A stretch of DNA of 62,978 nt, the filler included, from Klebsormidium nitens (lineage: Eukaryota; Plantae; Klebsormidiophyceae), in NCBI GenBank assembly GCA_000708835.1. It is 9 parts of 9 records of this genome, joined end to end, with 100 filler letters (N's around TTAATTAATTAA, not from the genome) between each part and the next. Parts side by side here need not be neighbours in the genome. Positions count along the whole stretch, not along the records: positions 1 to 14,519 come from DF238043.1; 8 more parts are not named here. One strand, written 5' to 3'. The notes below the pieces were generated by a model. It was not told where the DNA came from and ran no database searches. It saw nothing but the letters and a program-made list of their open reading frames with translations. Below are positions 1-13,352 of this stretch, in pieces. The position numbers were made by a program, and so were the translations under genes. Positions within the stretch are counted from its first letter, which is position 1. Each line of letters starts with the position of its first letter.

Positions 1-344
1 GTGACAGGATATGCATCAGTAGCATACAGCTCTACATACGACGTGGATTATGCGGCTATTCGTATAGCTCTCTCTTGTCCACTACCTTTGACAAGACCAG
101 CCACGCAAGCTGTGCAGAGCACAGATAAGCTTGGCTGCATCGAACGGCGAAGCCGAACATAACTTATCCTGAACGGTGACATCGGCTCACTGAAGCCGAT
201 CCATCCGGGATATTACGGCGTCTTGCAGACAGCCACGCAGTGCGTCGTTAAGACGTAACCACCGCCGTTTCGCTAACCCGCAGGTCAACGAAATCCTGTC
301 GAGAACGAGGTTAGGCTTAACCAGTCGTAATCGTTACACCTTGC

Positions 345-845
345 GAAAAACGCGACGAGCATAGCGGCGGTGAAGGCCATATTGCTGGGTTTAAATAGAT
401 CGAGGCGACGAATTATGCGGGTTAAGATATCGCGGGTTACCGCCAGTTTGCGGTTAGGGGTAATATCCCCTTTTGCCCTTTTGATTCCGCGCAAGGTTCG
501 TTCGAGATTAAACATAACCAGGAGCGGGTTCGGTAACCCACCTTCGAGGTGCAAGATACGGACGCCATTCAGGTAAGTTTTAATTGTCCGATAAGAGCAA
601 GTATCAGCGAGTTTAGTGACATATAAGCAAACAGTAGTTTCGTCAGGCTGCATTGGCCGAAGGTTATACGCAGAACAAAAGTTGATGTAATACCTGACGT
701 GAGCGCCATAAGTGCGCTGCGAGGAGGCGGCCAGCCAATTCATCATGTACTCGTGCATTTTGGCCACCAGGTCCGGAAGTGGGGGATTTGTAGGAAAAGA
801 ATCAATCAAACGGACTTCAGAATTAAATGTCGGCCTGTTTTCCAA
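345..845 (-). pseudogene. Tyrosine recombinase of the DIRS element, N-terminal part only
   Basis: LAASSQRTY...YYINFC...YLNGVRILH...LRGIKR...AMLVAFFA matches the DIRS YR N-terminal domain. Similarity stops at AFFA (~345), before the catalytic R-H-R-Y residues. Confidence 0.85.
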
Positions 846-2900
846 TAATTAAGCAATTCGGAAAAGCGAGAATAATCGCCGCGGGATAGTGCATCTGCCA
901 GAGAATTGTCGGCGGATGTAATATAAGTGCTGGTCAGCCGGAAACTGTGGGTCGCCGAGAGCCAAAAAATTTCTCGAACATATTCCATCATGCGGGGGCC
1001 AGTCGCCCCCTTAGGGGCTATTCGCATGCCACCGCTATCGCTACATTATCGCTACATTCTGGCGGAAAACCGAGAAAATAACCATCGCATGCACCCTTTT
1101 CCGCTTAAACCAAAACTTTCGCACGCACGGAATCCCGCTACATTGTAGCGATTCCGCTACATTGTATAACCGGCCATATACATTCTACAGATTGTAGCGG
1201 GTTCCGCTAAAAGCCGCCGTGGCACATCGAACGGCCACGATTCAATAAAGTTTGTACCCCTCCCTCGCCTGCCAGCCTCCCAGGCTCTCCGAGTCTGTTT
1301 CCAGCGGGGCTGGTCCACCCGGTGTCCGGGACCGGCCGGCCGGCCGTGCACGTGGAGCTCCGGAATCCCGGAGGTTTGCGGTAATGTCCAATTCGCGGAA
1401 AGGAATGATGCGGCCGCTATTCCGTTACCCGGGCTCGGATGAAGAGCCACGTGGTTCCGCTAAAGCCCCGTTAAAATTTTAGCGGAACGGTGGCATGCGA
1501 ATAGCCCCTTAGCCGTCCCTTTATTGATCACAGCTACGACGATTGTGTTATCAATGTGCAAACGAACGTAGAGGCCTTCTAAGGCCGCCGAGAATAATCG
1601 GCATAGAATAAGCACGGCAAAAAGTTCGTGCCAGTACGTGAATGGGTTCGGAAGGTTGGGGAGTGTCCGGAAAAATTGTGTGGGCCGCGGCGCGGAGAAG
1701 GAGAGGGAGAAATAACCCCCCATGAGAAACGCTCCATAGCCATAGCTTGAGGAGGCGTCGGTTGAGATGTCGTCGAAAGATACCGGCCGAGTTGGTATGA
1801 TATTTGTACGGCCGTTGAAATGATGCAAGAATTGATCCCACCATTGTAGGTCCAACCGGATGCCCGCGGATATACGAATGCGATGATGTGGTCGATGAAC
1901 ACTCCATTGAGCGTCAATACGACGACGCAAAAATGTGCGACCGCCGTAAACAACTTTGCATACCCAATTGAGTTTTCCGTTGAGTTGATCGAGCTCGCGA
2001 CGAGTAAGAGAGTTACGATGCAAGATATCGGACACCATTGTGGAGATGGCCGCCAATTTAGCGGGACTCAAGTGCGCTTCCATGGAGACGGAGTCGAGGG
2101 TGATGCCAAGAAAATCAATTACTCGGCATGGAGGAATGCATTTATGTGGTCGCATATTTACTTTAAATCCAAGTTTATTTAAGAGGATGCGAAGAGCCCA
2201 AAAGGTGTACCAAGCCATAGCTTGAGTTGGGCAAATTATTATAAAGTCATCTACATAAAGTACGAGGCATTTAAAACCCCGCCGAGCCATCATCCTGACG
2301 ATGGCCCGACCTATTCGATTAAAAACCTCGCAAGCATTTTTGAGTCCAAACTGCAGGTAACCGTCTAGGTATAAATCCTCTAAAGAATCGGTCGGCCAGC
2401 AAAAGGCCGTAAGGTCCCAGTCGAACGGGTCGATCGGGACGTGCCGGTATGCTGCTTCGATGTCGACCTTCGCCATAAAATAGTTGGGGCTCATAAGCCG
2501 GATGGCGTCGTCAACAGACTGAAAAGAGAAATTCGATTGGGTTAGATCTATAGGAGTTGAGCGAGCGACCCATGGGTCGCGAATGGTCATGAATGACCCG
2601 TACAGTGGTGGCCGTTTTTGGTACGGCCCCTAGAGAATGCACGAAGGACGAAGTTTGACCGTCGTACGGACGGAAAATTCGATTTGCACTAATGTCAGGC
2701 TGCAGAGCGTCATCGACAAGCGCGCGAGCTGCGTAAGCAGATTTGTAATTATTACACTTAAACGGTTCAATTAAACGGTGCGTACCAGTGGTTAAACTCA
2801 AACCGTGCGCGACCAAATAAAGCAGAAAATCTTTATCTTCGTCATGACGAAGTTCCGCCTCCCACGCACATAAGCGCAGAGGGCGAGAAGATAACAAAGA
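806..2900 (-). pseudogene. Reverse transcriptase-RNase H of the DIRS element (frameshift near 2550; MITE insertion 1014-1508)
   Basis: Motifs AKVDIEAAYRHVPI, YLQFGL, YVDDF, FLGITLD, TDASS, HEL, DNT and NSLADALSR. The RT N-terminus (LGAVPK...RVIHDHS) lies in another frame upstream of ~2550. Confidence 0.92.
1014..1508. mobile_element. PIF/Harbinger (Tourist-like) MITE, 495 bp
   Basis: Perfect 21-bp TIRs GGGGCTATTCGCATGCCACCG (1014-1034) and CGGTGGCATGCGAATAGCCCC (1488-1508). TTA duplication at 1011-1013 and 1509-1511. No coding capacity. Removing it restores the RNase H frame. Confidence 0.95.
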
Positions 2901-3009
2901 TTCGATCCATGCTACCTGGGCGGGCGGGAAGGCCCGCCAGCGACCGGGACAGCGGTTATCCTGCGTGGTTGGAAGTCCCGGCTGTGCCCCCGGTTGCTCC
3001 GGCGGTGCG

Positions 3010-4834
3010 GGTGTTGTTATTGGGGCAGGTGCTCGGGGCGTGCTCCCGAGTGTCGCCACAGGGGCACGGCTTGTGTCCCTATTCGAATCTGCAGTCTGCG
3101 CCGTCGGCGCAGCGCCCGGTGTTCCACCATGTAAAACACCGTGGCTGGCCTTTGCCTCGCGTTGCGCCCCGCGCCCCGGTTCCTGCTTCTGGAAAGGACT
3201 GGGCGGTTTTGACATTTTTGGCGGCGGCCATGGCCGCGAAATTGGCCATACGAAGAGGGCAAATGGCGTCAAATGCTGTCGTCGACCACTGCTGGAGGCG
3301 ATGAGCCTGATCAAAATCTAAAAGGACATCTAAAGCCCACCCGTGGCCCCCACATTTGGGGTCGAGCATAAGTGTAAGACACGACTCCTGGTACCGGTTG
3401 TAATCAGGGCCCTGAATGGCGCCGAGCTGGAGCAATGCTGTTTGAATACGCTGAGATGCCTTGATATATGCGGGAATATCGGGGCATTTTATCTTTTTCG
3501 CTGACACTCCCAAAATATCGGGTTGGACTGTAACTGAGCCCGTGTCAGTGTCAAACAGCAGCTTTTGAGGGGCCCCCCTGAGGGCATTTACAGCATTAAC
3601 ACTCAGAAAATCCGAAATAAGCAAGGGCTTGGCAGGTTGTACCGGTACAAAAGTCGAGGGGTACGTACTCTGTCGAGGTCCCTGTGGTACCGCCGGTACC
3701 GCCTGCAGGCGCGATTGGTCGAAGCCGGTCCGTACCAGGGGGACCGGTGCCGGTGGGGGGGGTCCGTGCGGGCGGGGGGGCAAACGCCGCCTGCTGGAAC
3801 CCCACCTGTGGGCCTCCCCAAATGAGGCGGGGCATGGCAACCGGGGGAACTGGGGCAAGGAGGGGCCGGGGGGGGGACGTACGGAGCAAATTGGGGGGGG
3901 TAAGCTGCGTGCTGTGGCTGGGGCCGAATTGGGCCGGGATTTGGGGGGGTAATGGAAGCAAGCTGAGATTGCAACAGGTTTACATAATCTTGCCCCCCTT
4001 AATCGCTTCATGAAGCTGCCTAACTTGAGCGGATTGATCACTTGGAAAATTGACGGGGGGTCCAGGGTGAATGCCTGCAGTGGTTGGAACGAAGGTTTGG
4101 CCAGGGTTAATATGGGGTTGAGAATTTGCGTGGCCATAGCCCGCAGTGTGAAAACCCTCAATATCTGCAACCGGGTGGGGCCCGAATAGGGGCCCCAGAC
4201 GTTCATGGACTGGCCGACGACCCAACAGGGAGTCCTGAAAAGGGTAATTTTCACCTGGCGCCCCATTGGGCGAAACCATACGAGCAGAGACCTGTGAAAC
4301 CATCACTGAGGGGGGAACAATGGACTGCTCAATGGGGCCATTGCCCCTCTCAAAATCTAGACCATTACCATTGCGAGCTAAGGCATGATTAACTGGTGTA
4401 ACAAATGCCCCGCCATTGCGGGGACTCGGGGTGGCGTCCCTCTCACGCCTTCCTGACAAAAGATTCCCTCGCATTATATCATTCACAATGACATTGCCTG
4501 CATCATCAGCTGTGGTAGTACCATCATGGTTACCACCTAAGTCAGCCATATCCTTACCTCGGGGAAAATTGAGGCGCCGCTTAACAGAGACCCGACCGGG
4601 AGACGCCGGTGGGGATGGTGTGCGGCAACGTTTGGGTGCTACCACCCCTTCGTCTTCAGCGTCACTAACCTCAAGGTCAGAGAATGTGTCGTTGTCGTCA
4701 AGCGGGTACCAGCTTGGACCGGAGTCCCAGGGGGAGCAGAGATTCTGCTCAGGGTCCTGCCACAACCTCAATGGAGTAGGCCGGGACTGGCTGGGCACGT
4801 TGGGGGAGGCGGCCGAGGAGAGGCGCCCATACAA
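3010..4834 (-). pseudogene. Gag-like ORF1 of the DIRS element, broken by G/C-run frameshifts and a TAG
   Basis: Pieces 3980-4834, 3603-3974 and 3079-4266 join via shifts in homopolymer runs. Pro-rich linker, W..VL.FD..HR motif and Cys/His cluster CFTWWNTGRCADGADCRFE*GHKPCPCGDTREHAPSTC. Confidence 0.75.
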
Positions 4835-4899
4835 GCGAACTTCTGCTAGAATTTTCTAAACGCGAGTTGGGAATGAGGGACTTCCTACTCCCGGAGCTC

Positions 4900-4907
4900 T
4901 ATTTATA
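4900..4907 (-). promoter_or_regulatory. TATA-like box upstream of DIRS ORF1
   Basis: TATAAATA on the minus strand, ~65 nt upstream of the ATG at 4834. Confidence 0.4.
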
Positions 4908-7269
4908 CCCATTTCTAGAGACTACGTAAAGTCTAGAAATGTTTATTCGAAGAGTCTTATCGAACAATTCACCACTATTATCGCACCCTAGCCTATTCGA
5001 TAATAGTCTATTCAAGTTGGTTCTGGGCCATCATGATCTAGGGCTTCAAAGCGCAGAGCGGTTAATATTGCCCATGATGATGAATCATGAAGCTGAAGCA
5101 GAGATCGCGGCGAAACTAAAATGGGGTTTGCACTAACCCTGATTGAAAATGCACCATCCGCGCAACTCTTAGGCTTGGCACAATTGGCGAAACGCGCACA
5201 GACTAGTACGGTAGCTGGCAGTGGCTGTTGGCCACTTTCGCGATAATGGTTTGGAAGGAAACGGTAATGGTCAGCAAGAAAGCTTTTCCGCGGCGGCCGC
5301 GTGCGGGTCTCTCACATATCTACAGTAGCTCACGGTTTTTCAAAGGCAGCTCGAATCATGTTATGGGCATGTTAACTATTAGTGTTGTCGTCAGAATGCT
5401 GAACTGCGTCTTGGATTTCGAAGCAGACGCCAACCAATGTAAACATCCTCTTGCTGCAGGCTTTTCGAATTGGCCGCGAACGAGTGATCTGGTGGCTCGG
5501 TCCCGTCTGGTCTACGTTGCTCGGTCTTGGACCAGTTCCGTGAATGTTTACTTTGCACCTGACGGCCCATACCCTTTCTACGACCGGACCCTGCTTTCTG
5601 GTAAAAGGACGCGTCGGGTAAGCGGAGCTGACATTCGACCGGAATAAGTCACTTAGCTCAAGCGAATTATATGTCCTCGTGGCATTGGTGATTGGCAGCG
5701 GGAGTTGCGGCAGGTCTTGTTCACCTTGAGCACTAGAAAACCGCCAGTAAGTTGTGATCACGTCATCAGCTGTCATAAGTCCATGTCCTTCTGAAAGGAG
5801 TTTGGTACGAAGTCAATTCCCAGGTTAAAAGCGGATGCGAGTCAAACTGTCTTTGGTGATTGCGATTTACAGGCCAGACTGAGAAGCTAGCTTGACTTGT
5901 TATGCACTTGCGTCTGCAAACCTTGTTAATTTACGATTGGATGACTTGGCCACTTGAGCCGTCATATGAATCTGATTTGTAGAGCAGCCATGCATGCTTG
6001 AGTCGAAGTTCGAGGGAAGGACCACTTTGAAGGCCACTGGTCGTAAGACCTCCGACATTGATGAAGCTTTTTCGATGTTTGATGCAGGAACAACGAGCTG
6101 AGTCTTCTGTTTTGCTGATCTGGAGATAATTAAGCCGAGATTCAAGCATTATTGAGTCAGGTTCCGTCAAGTTATGATATGTACAGATTAGTCCGTCATC
6201 TCTCTTGCTTGACTCCGGACTCTTTCTTTCTTCAGGACAGACCCTTGGTGAGGTACATGCGCATTCGAGGGTCTTCATGACCGTCGCTGCTGAAATGTGC
6301 TATTCAACTGGCATACTTAGGCAGGGCTGATAGATTCGACGAAGTTTACCTCGAGCCTTTGATTAGATTACAGACCTTATGGGCCGGCCTTATGACGCTG
6401 TAAGAGTTGATATGGTTTGATTGTAGATTTATTTGTATCCTGCCGTTTATTGTGTTGCCTTGAAGTCGATAGTTCATTTCTAAAGTTACAAAAGCAGGTT
6501 GCACAGGTTTTGGCGTCGAGGTGTCCTAGAAATAGCTCGGAGATTGTCATGCAAAGGTTTGCATCGCAACTTATTATGTTTGTTAATATGCGGATTGCAA
6601 TCGTGAGAAGGTCGGCACTCGTGAGGCTGCACGTTCTTAAGCATCCCTTTTATGAGCATGTTCTAAGCACGAAGCTTCAAGTGCATCATTGACTTGGAGG
6701 TACTGGAACTTAATATGTAGCTTGTAACGTTGGCATCGTTTACTACGTTGTCACGCTGATTTGAGCTTGGCAAACTTTTATTCTGCATGTCGTTGTTTGC
6801 ATGCGCGGCCCCGATCTCGCTTTTAGGGTTTAGCACGGCCGGCCGGGGCCCTATCGCCACACAACATAACCGCCAAGGCTCACTCATAGCCTATGCCGAC
6901 TGCTCGGTCCAATTCGCCAAGCTGACCGTCGATCGACTTCGTTTTTGCCCGGTTTTCCCTCCCGACCCTTAGAACGCGGCCCGTGGGAGGCCCTGGTAGC
7001 ACTTCTAGGGAGCAAGCTGAAGCTTGGGGAGGTGTTTTGCCAGCTGAAAGGCTGGTTCACAGAGTGCAGACCGTTCCTTGTATACACTAAACCTCTGCCT
7101 CATATGAGTCGAGTGACAATCGACTTACAAGCAATCTGCAGCGGCCTACTTTCTGATTCTCCTCATACTTCACGGCTTTTGAACGGGCAGTAGCCACGGT
7201 ATTATGTGTAAGTTGGAATACCCCTCGCCTCTTTCTTCCGCATCTCAAACGATCAAAATTGCAGGAATG

Positions 7270-10200
7270 TCATAGCTTCATCTCCGCAAAAGACACGTTC
7301 GGACTCCCCCCGTTCTGCTGCTTCACGCCGTGCGCTTCCCGCCCCGCCTTGATCGCCTCTTGGAAACCTTCGACGAGCTCCTTGTTCTCGGGATCTAGTT
7401 GCACGCCCTCGTAGAACGCGGTCGCCGCATCTTCAAACTTCAGCATAGCACGGTACGCAGCTCCTTCGCGGTAGCAAGCCTGCGAAGTTGAAAAAGAAAG
7501 TTGAACAAGATGGGAGTGCGAAAGGGAGCCTACAGGAAACGAGCAGAACCAAGATCTGGACGGAAGTCTTTTGGATCGTCTGTCGAGGGACTGCGGCTAG
7601 CGTCACCTACGATCTAGTGCCGGAGCTTGATCATCAGTCATGTGCGGCATGATTTGAGTGCGCTCACGGAAGCTTAAGTGGAAGTAAGAGAAAAACAAGA
7701 GCTCAGGAGACAACTGGTCTTGGAACAGGGCACCGCTTTTCCTAGAGTACAAAACCGCTTCTCCCCCAGCGTCGTCAAACATGATTGACTTTCGGTTCTG
7801 CAGGTTGACCGGTCTTGGCCAAAAAGACCTCCTCAAGTAGAGAGTCCGGCGCGAAAGAGAGCATCGCAGATTTTTGCCAAAATACAACTTGGTCGACGAG
7901 CAAATGCACGGATTCGCTACAGGCGAACCGAGCGCTCCTCGGAAAGGTGTCAAGGCGTGAGCTAAGAATCCCGTCGGCCATGATCAAGCTCAATACCGTG
8001 AACTTCGGCGCTAAGACTCAGACTTGATGAACAGCAGAAATCAGGGCATTGAGTATCTCTGTGCAATTAACCAACAAAAGTTCTTGGTAGAAAAAGAAGG
8101 AAACGGAAGGAATGGAAAGAAGGTAACACTAATGAACGCAATCAGTGGACGGAGAAGGAAACAGAACATCCCAGAGTCGACGAGATTGGAGAGGAGACAA
8201 TCGGAGACTCATGCTGGAACAGGGTTGCAAGCAGCGGGGGAAGTCCACAAGTGATAAGGGAGCGCTGACGCGCCAAAGACAAAGAGGCGCCCACCTTGGG
8301 CCAGTACGGTGCCAGCTTCCGCGCCGCCTTCGCGTCTGTAAGCGCATGTTCCGGTTGCCCCGCCCGCAGCCAGCAGATGCTCCGGTTGGAAAAGACAGTC
8401 GCATTCTCCAGGTCGAGATCGAGGGACTGGGTGTACGCATCCACCGCCACCATGAACTGTTTCCGCTGCAAGGAAGGAGCGGAACGGAAAGCTTAGGGGT
8501 CGAAGGTTCGAACAAGGCGACTCTGGAAGGTGTTTGCCGGAGGGGTAACGGAACGCACGATCCAGGGGCTGGGGATTGGAAGAGGGAACTCTGAGGTTTT
8601 TCGCTGCAGATCAGGGGTGGAGGGTTCGCAAAGGCAGCTCCAAACTGTCTCCGCAGCGACAGAACCGAGACGCTACGTCAAGATTTGAGGGTCTGTACAT
8701 GCTACTTTGAACCGACGATGCCGGAGGAATATAAGCAGGAACTGAACAAACTTTGCCAAGACTGGAAAGAAGACTTCAAAGTTTTGCCACCTGTAAGGAC
8801 CAGCGCAAACAAACTAAGCCTCTAACTGGAGAGGCTGATCATGAGGCCCATCACGGTGCAACGGAGCGACGGACCATCGCGGTGCAAGGGATTGACGAAA
8901 AACTCTCAATGTGCTTTGGGTTGCAGGTGATGACGGGACACACCGACGGGGAACGAGAGCATGGGAGATGTGTTACGACGGAGTGCTTTCAATGGCAGGC
9001 CGTCGACTCAAAGAAGGCTTCGGGCTCGACAGTTAGCACTTTTGAGAAGAGGTTCTTTTCGCTGCGCATCTGGCGACATACACGGATCAAGCTTGAGATT
9101 TTCCAACTTTGAAACAAGCAGACTCTGCTGCTGCTCAAAGGGAACGGGTGCTCAGTGTTCTGAGCTCTCACAAAGTTTTGCCTTCCGAACGTATCCAAAA
9201 CGAAAAAGAAAGTGAAGAAAATCAGAATATTTAAAACCCTAAATCCCACACCCAACACAAAGAGAGGCGCAAGAAAAACTCAAAACGCAACAGATAAACA
9301 CGAACCTTGAACGCCTCGTCGCCTCGCATCTTCGCCTCCTGCGCGCGCTTCACCTTCGGGTTCGACAAGTCCGGCGGCAGCGGCGGCCCGACCTTCACGT
9401 CCCCGTTCGCATCCTTCGGACCCTCTTCCGATTTTGACGGCGCAGCCTCTTCGCCCCGACCCGACGAACTCGGGACGCCGGCCTTCTTCATCAGCGCTTC
9501 GACGCTCCATTCCCCGTCCTTTGCGGCCTCCGACTTGGGAAGTAGGGCCTCGACCACTTTCCTGCAAGTCAAATTTTCACTTCCATTTAGTCTATTTTAG
9601 TTTCGTATAGCGCAAAAATTCAGACTGGGTGGGGAACACCTCACTGTTGTATCGTTATCCAGTGATGTCCAACTTTTGGCATCAGAAGATGCCTATTCAG
9701 ATTGGTTCGTGTTCAAGAGTTTTGCTCCATTTAGCCTAAATCATGTGCCCAACCGTGTCCGGAGGCGATTGGGCTGCTCATGGCAGATTCGGCAGGCTGA
9801 GGCTTTTATGAGACAATCAATGAGCAACACGCTTCTCGCCATCAGGAATATTTGCGGTCCGCTTACCTGTGGTTTCCTGCGGCCGCGGCGTCGATCGGGC
9901 GCGCTCCCTCAGCGTCACGGCGGTTGGCGTCGGCGCCCGCGGCCAGTAGTAACTGCACCATCTCGAGGTCGCCCTGATCGGACGCCACGTGGAGGGGGGT
10001 GGCGCCGCCCGCGTCCTTGTTCACTTCCGCCTTCGCCTGTTGCAGAACAAGGTGAATTCAGGTACTCTAAGCGGCAAGCTTTTTACCTCTTTCATTGATC
10101 CACTAAGGGACCGCCCAAGTCGTTGGACACATCCGCCTTGTTCTGTATCAGAAACAAGGAGATGGTAGCTAAGTTATTCTGCAAACACGTAGCCTCAAGA

Positions 10201-13200
10201 GAAATGAGTCCCGCTTCACGTCCGGCTTCGCTTTTCGGTTCAAAAAGTGACGATAGCTGCATTTGGCGTCTCCTTGGCTTCGTTGGTATATACAGCGACT
10301 GCCGACACGTCAGGTTCGCCTGTTTCTTATGACATTGCTCCGCTGCTTTGCCACTCCTTCACCTCTAGTTGCTCAGGTAAACTGACAAATGGAAGCATCC
10401 GAGTAAGCTTGAAGTGGGCGTCGGATTCTATAAGCACACTAGTGAGACTGAGTCCTGAGGAAGGCTGGAAGGAGGCTCGAAAAGGCCAACTCCGAGCCGT
10501 CCGATAGATTCAATTCGGAGGTTTGCACCGTCAATGCCAGGTGCACTCGCGAGTGCAGACGCCCACTTTAAGATTGGGTGTCAAAAGTACATTTTGGACC
10601 ACCCCTCTGTGCAGATCCACGGGATTGTCTTCCAAAAAGTCCCGATCAACGATCGGCAAGTCTCGGGCTCGAGATCGATGCATCAAGCACTGCAGCTCTC
10701 AGACCTGTGGTTGCTTAAGCCGATAGAACCGCTGAACCATACTTCGACCAGGCTCTCGGCAATGGCCAGGCTCCCAATTCATCAAACGAGGTGTTCCTCA
10801 AAGCTTATGTTACCTGCGACTCAACAAATCCGCTGGACCTACCTCAATCAAGCTCTTCGCGATTGCCAGGCTCCCAGACCCCGCCACTGCCAGGAGCGGT
10901 GTCACCCCGTCCTGGTCCGCCTGGTTCGGGTCAGCGCCGTGCTTCAGGAGCTCCTCAGCTGAAGCGACGTTTCCCCAACCTGTGAAGAATGTCCACTTTG
11001 CAGATTGGTTTTGAGATTTCGCGAGGTTGTTTGCTGTCAGAAAGTATTTGGATCTCATTTATCCGTTTGTTTCTTCCCTGCAACTGCAACCAGGTCACGT
11101 CCGAAGTGAGGCTGCATGAACCCAAGCTGACTTTGGACGCATATTGTCTTGATTGGCTTCGTTACATGAGATAAGTCTAAGATCGTATGGCCGTGAACTG
11201 ATTGATCTGAGTGCGCGCAGCATCTAGTGATGATTTCAAGGATGACGCTTTATCAAGTTGCAAGTCCAGGCCATAGCTCTCTTGTGATGCTCACCTTTTT
11301 CCAAATCAAAGAAACTACCACAAAATGGTCCTTCAAAGCATTGACCGACTGAGTGATGACTGCAGCCAGGAGAACGGTCTTTTGGTATTTCTTGAATCAA
11401 ATTGGATGATGACGTTACAAAAGGCTGAAGGCTGATGTGAGTCTGCTGACCTGCGGCCCAGATCAGGGGCGTTCCTGAGCTGCTGGGTGCATTCACATCA
11501 GCGTTCTTGGACGCGAGCATGCCCACGACCTCGCTAGCCCCAGCCCGCGCAGCGTGGTGCATTGGCACGGCCCCTGCAGCAGATCCGTTGACATCATCCG
11601 ACATCATCATCCTTGGGGCAACTCAAAAGAATCGAAAATTCATTGAAGCAGGCGCCAGATTGCAGTATAGAACAGCCCGCTGAGTCGATTGCAGAAGCAC
11701 GAACGAAAACAAACCTCCTTGTTACAGATAGACAAAGGCCGCCAACCAGACTAGTGGTTCACAATCAAAAACTGAGAAGCTTTAGCCCGTTCAGGGACAG
11801 ACAAAAAGTCAACTGCAACCACTCACCTGTCTGCTGATGAGGGATAGAGTGGTCTGCGCCCTTCTCCAGCAGCAGCTTGCTTGCTTCCGGACGGCTCTGC
11901 ATTACTGCCAGCGCGAGTGGAGTGTGTCCCTCATCGTCTTGGGCGTTGACGGGTGCTTCCAAATCCTCGAGCAGATACCTGGAAAAGAGGGGATGTCCGG
12001 CTCAACATCCTAGCGTCCTTTTGACGACGCGTGCCCTTGAAGTTTCTTGCACTGACTGGAAATGCAAAGGATCGACTGGTACATCATTCCTTGAATGCTG
12101 GTACAGAAGCTAGCTCCCCTCCCCAAGCTTCTGTTCGCTTGAAGCAATCTTCAACCACTGGACCTACTTTCCTTCCCCGCTTCCAAAGCTGAATCACAAT
12201 GTCTTTTCTGCTTCCTTTCAGCTGCACAGCTCAACATGGCTGTGAAACCGCAGAGCAGTAGCTTTCGGCCAGCCCCCCGAGACTGACTCTACTCAGAAAC
12301 GTCATTATGCTTACCTGCACAGGTCAACATGGCCCTGAGACGCCGCAAAATGAAGCGCCGTGCGCCCGTTCCCATCCTTGGTGTCGCTGACTACCTTCTG
12401 CGGCCCATGGCCCTCATCGCACAGCTCCACCTTCTCCTTGAACTTGGCGACGTCGCCTTCCTTTGCAGCAGTCAGGAGAGCGTCCACCCTTGCCCTCGCT
12501 GCGAGCGCCGTACCGCCGTCCTTCTCCTGATTCAAATTTTGAAGAGACTGCAAGTTTGAGCAGGCTGGGAGTTGTTCTCACTTTGGAGACTTTTGGAACC
12601 GATCTCCTGGTCCTTTGCATGGATTTGAGCGGCGAACTGGAAAAGGGGGGAAGAGTAGTGGGGGATACAGGAACGGCGCATGAGCAAGAGTGGAAAGCAG
12701 TCTACTGAATCCCATCTGTGACACACACTTCTTTCGATATCATGCTGATCGAAATTGGTATGATCTCAGAGTGACGAGTGGCGAAGCATACCACCTTGGA
12801 AGAACTGTATCAGAACATTTAGACGTTGATGGTGCATTCATAGAATATGATAAGCTGGGTTTTCCTGATACATCTTCCTTACAGTTCCGCACTTTCTCCC
12901 GCTTTACAATCTCCATTAGCGCTGCACCTGATGGCGTGTATTACATGTACCTCAGATATAGCAATCCCTCTTTTGATAATCCCCTGATATGCAGCATTTG
13001 TTGTTCAGTGCCCTCTATCTGCTTCTCTATGAAGCCTAATGCGAAACAGGGAAGCTAAACTCTTTGACTGCTTCTGCCAGGTCCCCTTTCAAGTCATATG
13101 CAAATGTCTTCTGCATTAGTTTTGTCACTTTCTCTTTTTCAAGATAAAAAGTACAGACTTAACAGAAGTCATATGCAATGGGGGTGCCTTTCAGGCGAGT

Positions 13201-13352
13201 TTACCTTTCTCGCCTGAAAGGTAAAGAAAACTTTGGGGCTGATTAAGGGATTGGAAAACCTGCAAACAACATGCATCATGAGATCTTGTGTGACGCCACC
13301 ACCTTTGCCAGCACCTTTAACTCACCTCATTGTTTGCTGCTCGAGACGCCAT
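7270..13352 (-). CDS. Ankyrin-repeat + C-terminal TPR protein (spliced)
   Basis: Phase-consistent GT-AG exons: 13326-13352 (tentative first exon MASRAANNE), 12315-12526, 11827-11978, 11451-11573, 10843-10979, 9867-10036, 9306-9561, 8295-8465, 7270-7479. Ankyrin motifs GRTALHFAA, GHTPLALA, GVTPLLAV, GATPLHVA. TPR motifs FSNRSICWL and ACYREGAAY. Confidence 0.9.

Larger units (their letters stand above)
345..4910 (-). mobile_element. Decayed DIRS-order (Ngaro/PAT-like) tyrosine-recombinase retrotransposon
   Basis: Minus-strand order gag-like ORF, RT, RNase H, tyrosine recombinase, with overlapping frames. Several frameshifts and one in-frame stop. Terminal repeats not found, so boundaries are approximate. 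Confidence 0.9.

Noticed and set aside
5200-7200. Short ORFs between the DIRS element and the ankyrin gene
   Set aside because: No recognisable motifs or consistent exon structure.
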